From NCBI RefSeq assembly GCF_001194135.2, contig NC_068984.1, positions 86,004,398 through 86,041,187 on the forward strand: 36,790 nucleotides of DNA. The letters are read 5' to 3'. Positions 33,231-36,790 of this stretch are shown one piece after another. The notes below the pieces were generated by a model. That model did no database searches and was not told the DNA's origin. It saw only the letters and a program-made list of their open reading frames with translations. Each line of letters begins with the position of its first letter. Position 1 is the first letter of the stretch. The DNA is from Octopus bimaculoides. Taxonomy: Eukaryota. The position numbers and the translations under genes were made by a program.

Positions 33231-33576
33231 CACTAATTAGGCTTTAATAAATATTTCACATCTAACTCCTTGGCAGAGTAGGTATGATATATCATCATCA
33301 TCATTACCACCATCATCTATAAAACAATAGCCACAGTAGATGAAAGATCAGTAAGACATTGAAATTCCAGTAGCTGCTGCTGCTGATGCTGTTGCCGTTT
33401 GATGGTTGGGAAACATTGTTATCAGCAGAAGCAGCTGTAGTAGTACCGGCCATTGCTACTAATCTATGAGCTCCCAAACAACTTTCTTGTTTACATACTT
33501 CCACCAACACAGCTGCTAGTTGTAACTAGTATTCACACAGCTTCTAACAAGCTGGAAACAGGAAAGCTTCTATGTA

Positions 33577-33841
33577 CAGTGTTTCTCAACCATTTTTTTT
33601 TGTATTTTTTTTTTTTGTACCTATGAACCTCTTTGATTCCTATTTCACTCAGATTGACTCTTCTAGCCATTCAAGACTTTTAAAAATCTTATTGTATTTT
33701 TATAATTGAATATTATTAGGAATTGTATAAAAAAAAAAAAAAGAAAATTGTTAAAACATTTATTTTATTGTAGAAGTATAACCAATTCATTGCATATTAA
33801 TCTTAACAAAATCTCATATGGACCCCAGTCGAGAACCATTG
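33577..33841. mobile_element. hAT-type MITE
   Basis: CAGTGTTTCTCAACC ... AGTCGAGAACCATTG with TSD-like TCTATGTA (33569-33576) / CCTATGTG (33842-33849). Confidence 0.75.
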
Positions 33842-34295
33842 CCTATGTGGTAGCTTGATCTGCTTGCAATTGCAGTCAGATCACCCTCAAAACTGCTCAC
33901 ATTCCCACCATAAAGGAAAAGGATGCAAACACTAACATGTTCAGGGGTACACAATACAAGAACTGTCCACCCAAACTCACCACCACCACCACCACCTTCC
34001 GACATGAGTATGCTGGTCATGACTGGAATGATTATGGACAGCAACATAGTTTCTAAAGTTGAAGAGCAGTAGAGTGGCAGAATTTGTACAGGGTCAGACA
34101 GTGATTCGTGGTATTTAGTTATATCAGTTTCTATTCTGAATTGAGATCCTGCAGTCTGTTTTATATATATCATCCCTCTGAGGCTGCTAAAGTAAAGCAC
34201 CAGCCAAATAATGGGATGGCTGGAATTGGTTAATCCTTTTCCTCAAAATTGCTGGTCTTGGAACTTTGAGAGAAACCATTCTGCTTCTTATTATT

Positions 34296-34500
34296 GAGAG
34301 CTGGCAGAAATGTTAGCATGCCAGGCAAAATGCTTAGCAGCATTTCATCCGTCTTTATATTCTGCCAAGGTTGACTTTGCCTTTCACCCTTTCAGCAATT
34401 AAATACCAGTAAAACACTGAGGTTGATGTAATTGACTAGTCCCCTCCCCCAAAATTTCAGGCCTTGAGCCTTTAGTAGAAAAGATTATCATTATTATTAT
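34296..34500 (+). mobile_element. tRNA-derived SINE (OR/OK-like) ending in (ATT)n
   Basis: GAGCTGGCAGAAATGTTAGCATGCCAGGCAAAATGCTTAGC...AAATTTCAGGCCTTG..TAGTAGAAAAG-ATTATCATTATT. Confidence 0.8.
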
Positions 34501-35040
34501 TGAGTGAGAGCAGTGCATGTCATCAAAGTGACACTGGGGTAAAATATACAAAGCTCAATATACTCATCATGACTACCTGTCTGGTGACACCAGGCACTTG
34601 CATCACAACCATATGTGCACGACATCACAATCTCATATCAAGATAAACAGTGCATGACCTTGCAGGTGGGGCCCAGTTAGAATTTTCTTCAGGTTGAGTA
34701 GCCCATCCTGCTCAAAAGGTCCCCTGAATAAGGATTGTATGAGAATGTTGAATGAAACACCCACGTTTCCAGAGAGGAATAATCCAAACCCCCAAAGAAT
34801 TCCTCTCAACACATGGCTATCATGCTCCCCCACTACTTCTGCTCATGATCAGAGGTGCACATATCACAGCCACCAAGGGACATGTTCAACTGGTTATGGT
34901 CAAACAAATGACAAGCAAATCTGTGGTATTGAGCAGAATATTTGCTGTACCCCATCTTTTATACTAAGACAAAACAACGATAACACTTCCAAGATTTGAA
35001 GCCATAAGAGCCACTGCCTGGTATTGCATCAGGGCATTTT
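34501..35040. mobile_element. Unclassified ~540-bp non-coding element embedded in an (ATT)n tract
   Basis: GC-balanced block TGAGTGAGAGCAGTGCATG...GCATCAGGGCATTTT with sharp boundaries and (ATT)n on both sides (34484-34500 and 35041-35098). No recognisable protein. Confidence 0.6.
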
Positions 35041-35097
35041 ACTATTATTATTTTCATTATTATTATTATTATTATTATTATCATTATTATTATTATT

Positions 35098-35283
35098 AAG
35101 GCAGCAAGCTAGCAGAATCATTAACAAGCAGGCAAAATGCTTAGCAGCATTATGTCCATCTTTAGGTTCTGAGTTCAAATTCCACCAAGTTCAACTTTGC
35201 CTTTCATCCTTTCAGAGTTGATGAAATAAGTACCAGTTGAAATTTCAGGGCTTGTACCTACAGTAGAAAGGGTTATTATTATT
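35098..35283 (+). mobile_element. tRNA-derived SINE (OR/OK-like)
   Basis: GCTAGCAGAATCATTAAC...GAGTTCAAATTCC...AAGTACCAGTTG..GTAGAAAGGG-TTATTATTATT. Confidence 0.8.
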
Positions 35284-35297
35284 AAAAAAATAATGTA

Positions 35298-35542
35298 GCT
35301 GGCTGGCAGAAATGTTAGCAGCATTTCTTCTGGCTTTATGTTCTAAGTCCAAATTCCGCTGAGGTTGATTTTGCCTTACATCTTTTTCGGGGTCGATAAA
35401 ATAAGTACCAGTTGATCAGTGGGGGNNNNNNNNNNNNNNNNNGGGGGGGGGGGGGGTCGATGCAATAGACTTACCCCACCCAAACCCCGCAAAAAAAAAT
35501 TGCTGGCCCTGTGCCAAAATTTGAAATCATAATTATCATTAT
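35298..35542 (+). mobile_element. tRNA-derived SINE (OR/OK-like), contains a small N gap
   Basis: CTGGCAGAAATGTTAGC...GGGGTCGATAAAATAAGTACCAGTTG...GGGGTCGATG. Confidence 0.75.
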
Positions 35543-35766
35543 CAGAATCATTAGCATGCTAGACGAAATGTTTAGTGGTATTTTGTCTGCCGCTATGTTC
35601 TGAGTTCAAATTCGACTGAAGTCGACTTTGCCTTTCACCCTTTCAGGGTTGATAAATTAAGTACCAGTTAAGTACTGGGGATAATGTAATTGACTATCCC
35701 CCTCCCCACAAATTGGAGGCTTTGTGCCTATAATAGAAAGGATTATCATCATTATTATTATCATTA
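35543..35766 (+). mobile_element. tRNA-derived SINE (OR/OK-like); a further decayed copy follows at ~35767-35990
   Basis: AGAATCATTAGCATGCTAGACGAAATG...GAGTTCAAATTC...GTCGACTTTGCCTTTCA...ATAGAAAGG-ATTATCATCATTATT. Confidence 0.8.
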
Positions 35767-36239
35767 AAAGATAGCAGATTAAAGAAATGACTGAGCAGCT
35801 TACAAAATTATTTGTGGCATTTATAGTTACATGCACTTTATGTTCTTAGTTGAGATGTCAACAGAGTCAACTTTGACTGTTAACCTTCCAGGGGCAACAA
35901 AATAAATATCAGTCAAACACTGCGGTGATATAATCAATTACATCTCTCCACTAAATTTCAGGTCTTTTGTCTATGTGAGAAATCAATATTGTTATTAACA
36001 TTTAGGTGGTGCAGTGGTAGAAATAGAAGAGAGCTGCTGGATTATATACTAACCAATATTTAGTTTGATTACATAACTCTAGCTACCTCTCATTATCAAT
36101 CCTTATGATAATCTATATTATTATCATTCTGCTACATATGTAATATGTAATACTTTAACTATGGAATGAAATTAAAGACAATTTATTCATAAGATAATTG
36201 ACTGATAAATATTTGGAAATACACACACACACACACACA

Positions 36240-36600
36240 TATCATCAACATCATCATCATTGTTTAACATCCATTTTCCATGCTGGCATGGGTTGGATGG
36301 TTTGACTGGGGACTGGCAAGCCAGGAGACTGCACCAGGCTCCAATCTGATCTGGCAATGTTTTTACAGTTGGATGCTCTCCCTAATGCCAATCACTCCAA
36401 GAGTGTAGTGGGTGATTTTTATGTGCCACTGGGACAGGAGCCAGTCAAGCGGGCCTGGCATTGATCACATTCAGATAGTGCTTTTTATGTGCCACCGGCA
36501 TGGGAGCCAGTTATGGGGTACTGGCATTGGCCACGTTTGGATGGTGCTTTTTAAATGCCACTGGCACAAGAGCCAGTCAGGCAGCCCTGGTATCAATCAC
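36240..36600 (-). mobile_element. RTE 3' UTR stub with tandem units
   Basis: (CAT)n-GTTTAACATCCATTTTCCATGCTGGCATGGGTTGG... followed by about three ~65-bp GTGCTTTTTATGTGCCAC units; homologous to 26000-26450. Confidence 0.85.
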
Positions 36601-36790
36601 GTTACATATATATATTATATATATATATATATATATAGTGTAAACAGAGTTAGCGGTTGTAATAACCGACTAAGGGATAAAATATCTATATGTACTATCG
36701 ATATCTATTACCCGTGCTATCCCCAGAAATTGGTGTGGAGGCACACTATGCCTGTAGAGTGCAGGATAAGCAAGATTTTATCAGGAAACA

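Noticed and set aside
32756-33247. ORFs of 60-148 aa rich in Y/I/H/T
   Set aside because: Translations of (TA)/(CA) microsatellite.
33814-34200. 128-aa minus ORF and the overlapping ~60-codon plus frame
   Set aside because: No recognisable domain; the GGT/ACC repeat drives part of it and the ORF runs into the hAT MITE.
5131-35766. tRNA genes suggested by A/B-box motifs
   Set aside because: The boxes belong to SINE heads; no cloverleaf or T-rich terminator follows.

Overview
This is gapped, AT-rich metazoan genomic DNA made almost entirely of transposable-element debris. I found no confident host protein-coding exon, rRNA, tRNA gene or CRISPR array. The SINE families and the RTE tail (CATGGAAA.CGGACGTTAAA-(GAT)n) resemble octopus/coleoid cephalopod repeats; this is recalled resemblance, not a database result. 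Contents: (1) an uninterrupted C-terminal HERO/R2-superfamily restriction-like endonuclease ORF at the left edge; (2) three large RTE-clade LINE pieces, two of which show a PHD-type zinc finger inside ORF2, plus several RTE 3'-UTR stubs; (3) decayed Tx1/L1 and Jockey-like fragments; (4) two Helitron RepHel remnants and Helitron-like 3' ends; (5) Mariner and hAT MITEs; (6) a solo LTR with a 5-bp TSD whose empty site is preserved in a tandem duplicate; (7) many tRNA-derived SINEs; (8) a ~540-bp element embedded in (ATT)n; (9) a perfect 24-bp-arm palindrome. ORFs running through the N gaps (774-1340, 3252-3784, 13085-13227, 15707-16671, 22680-23111, 29895-29994, 30178-30187, 35426-35442) are artefacts. 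All alignments were done by eye, so boundaries are approximate unless a TSD or TIR is quoted.
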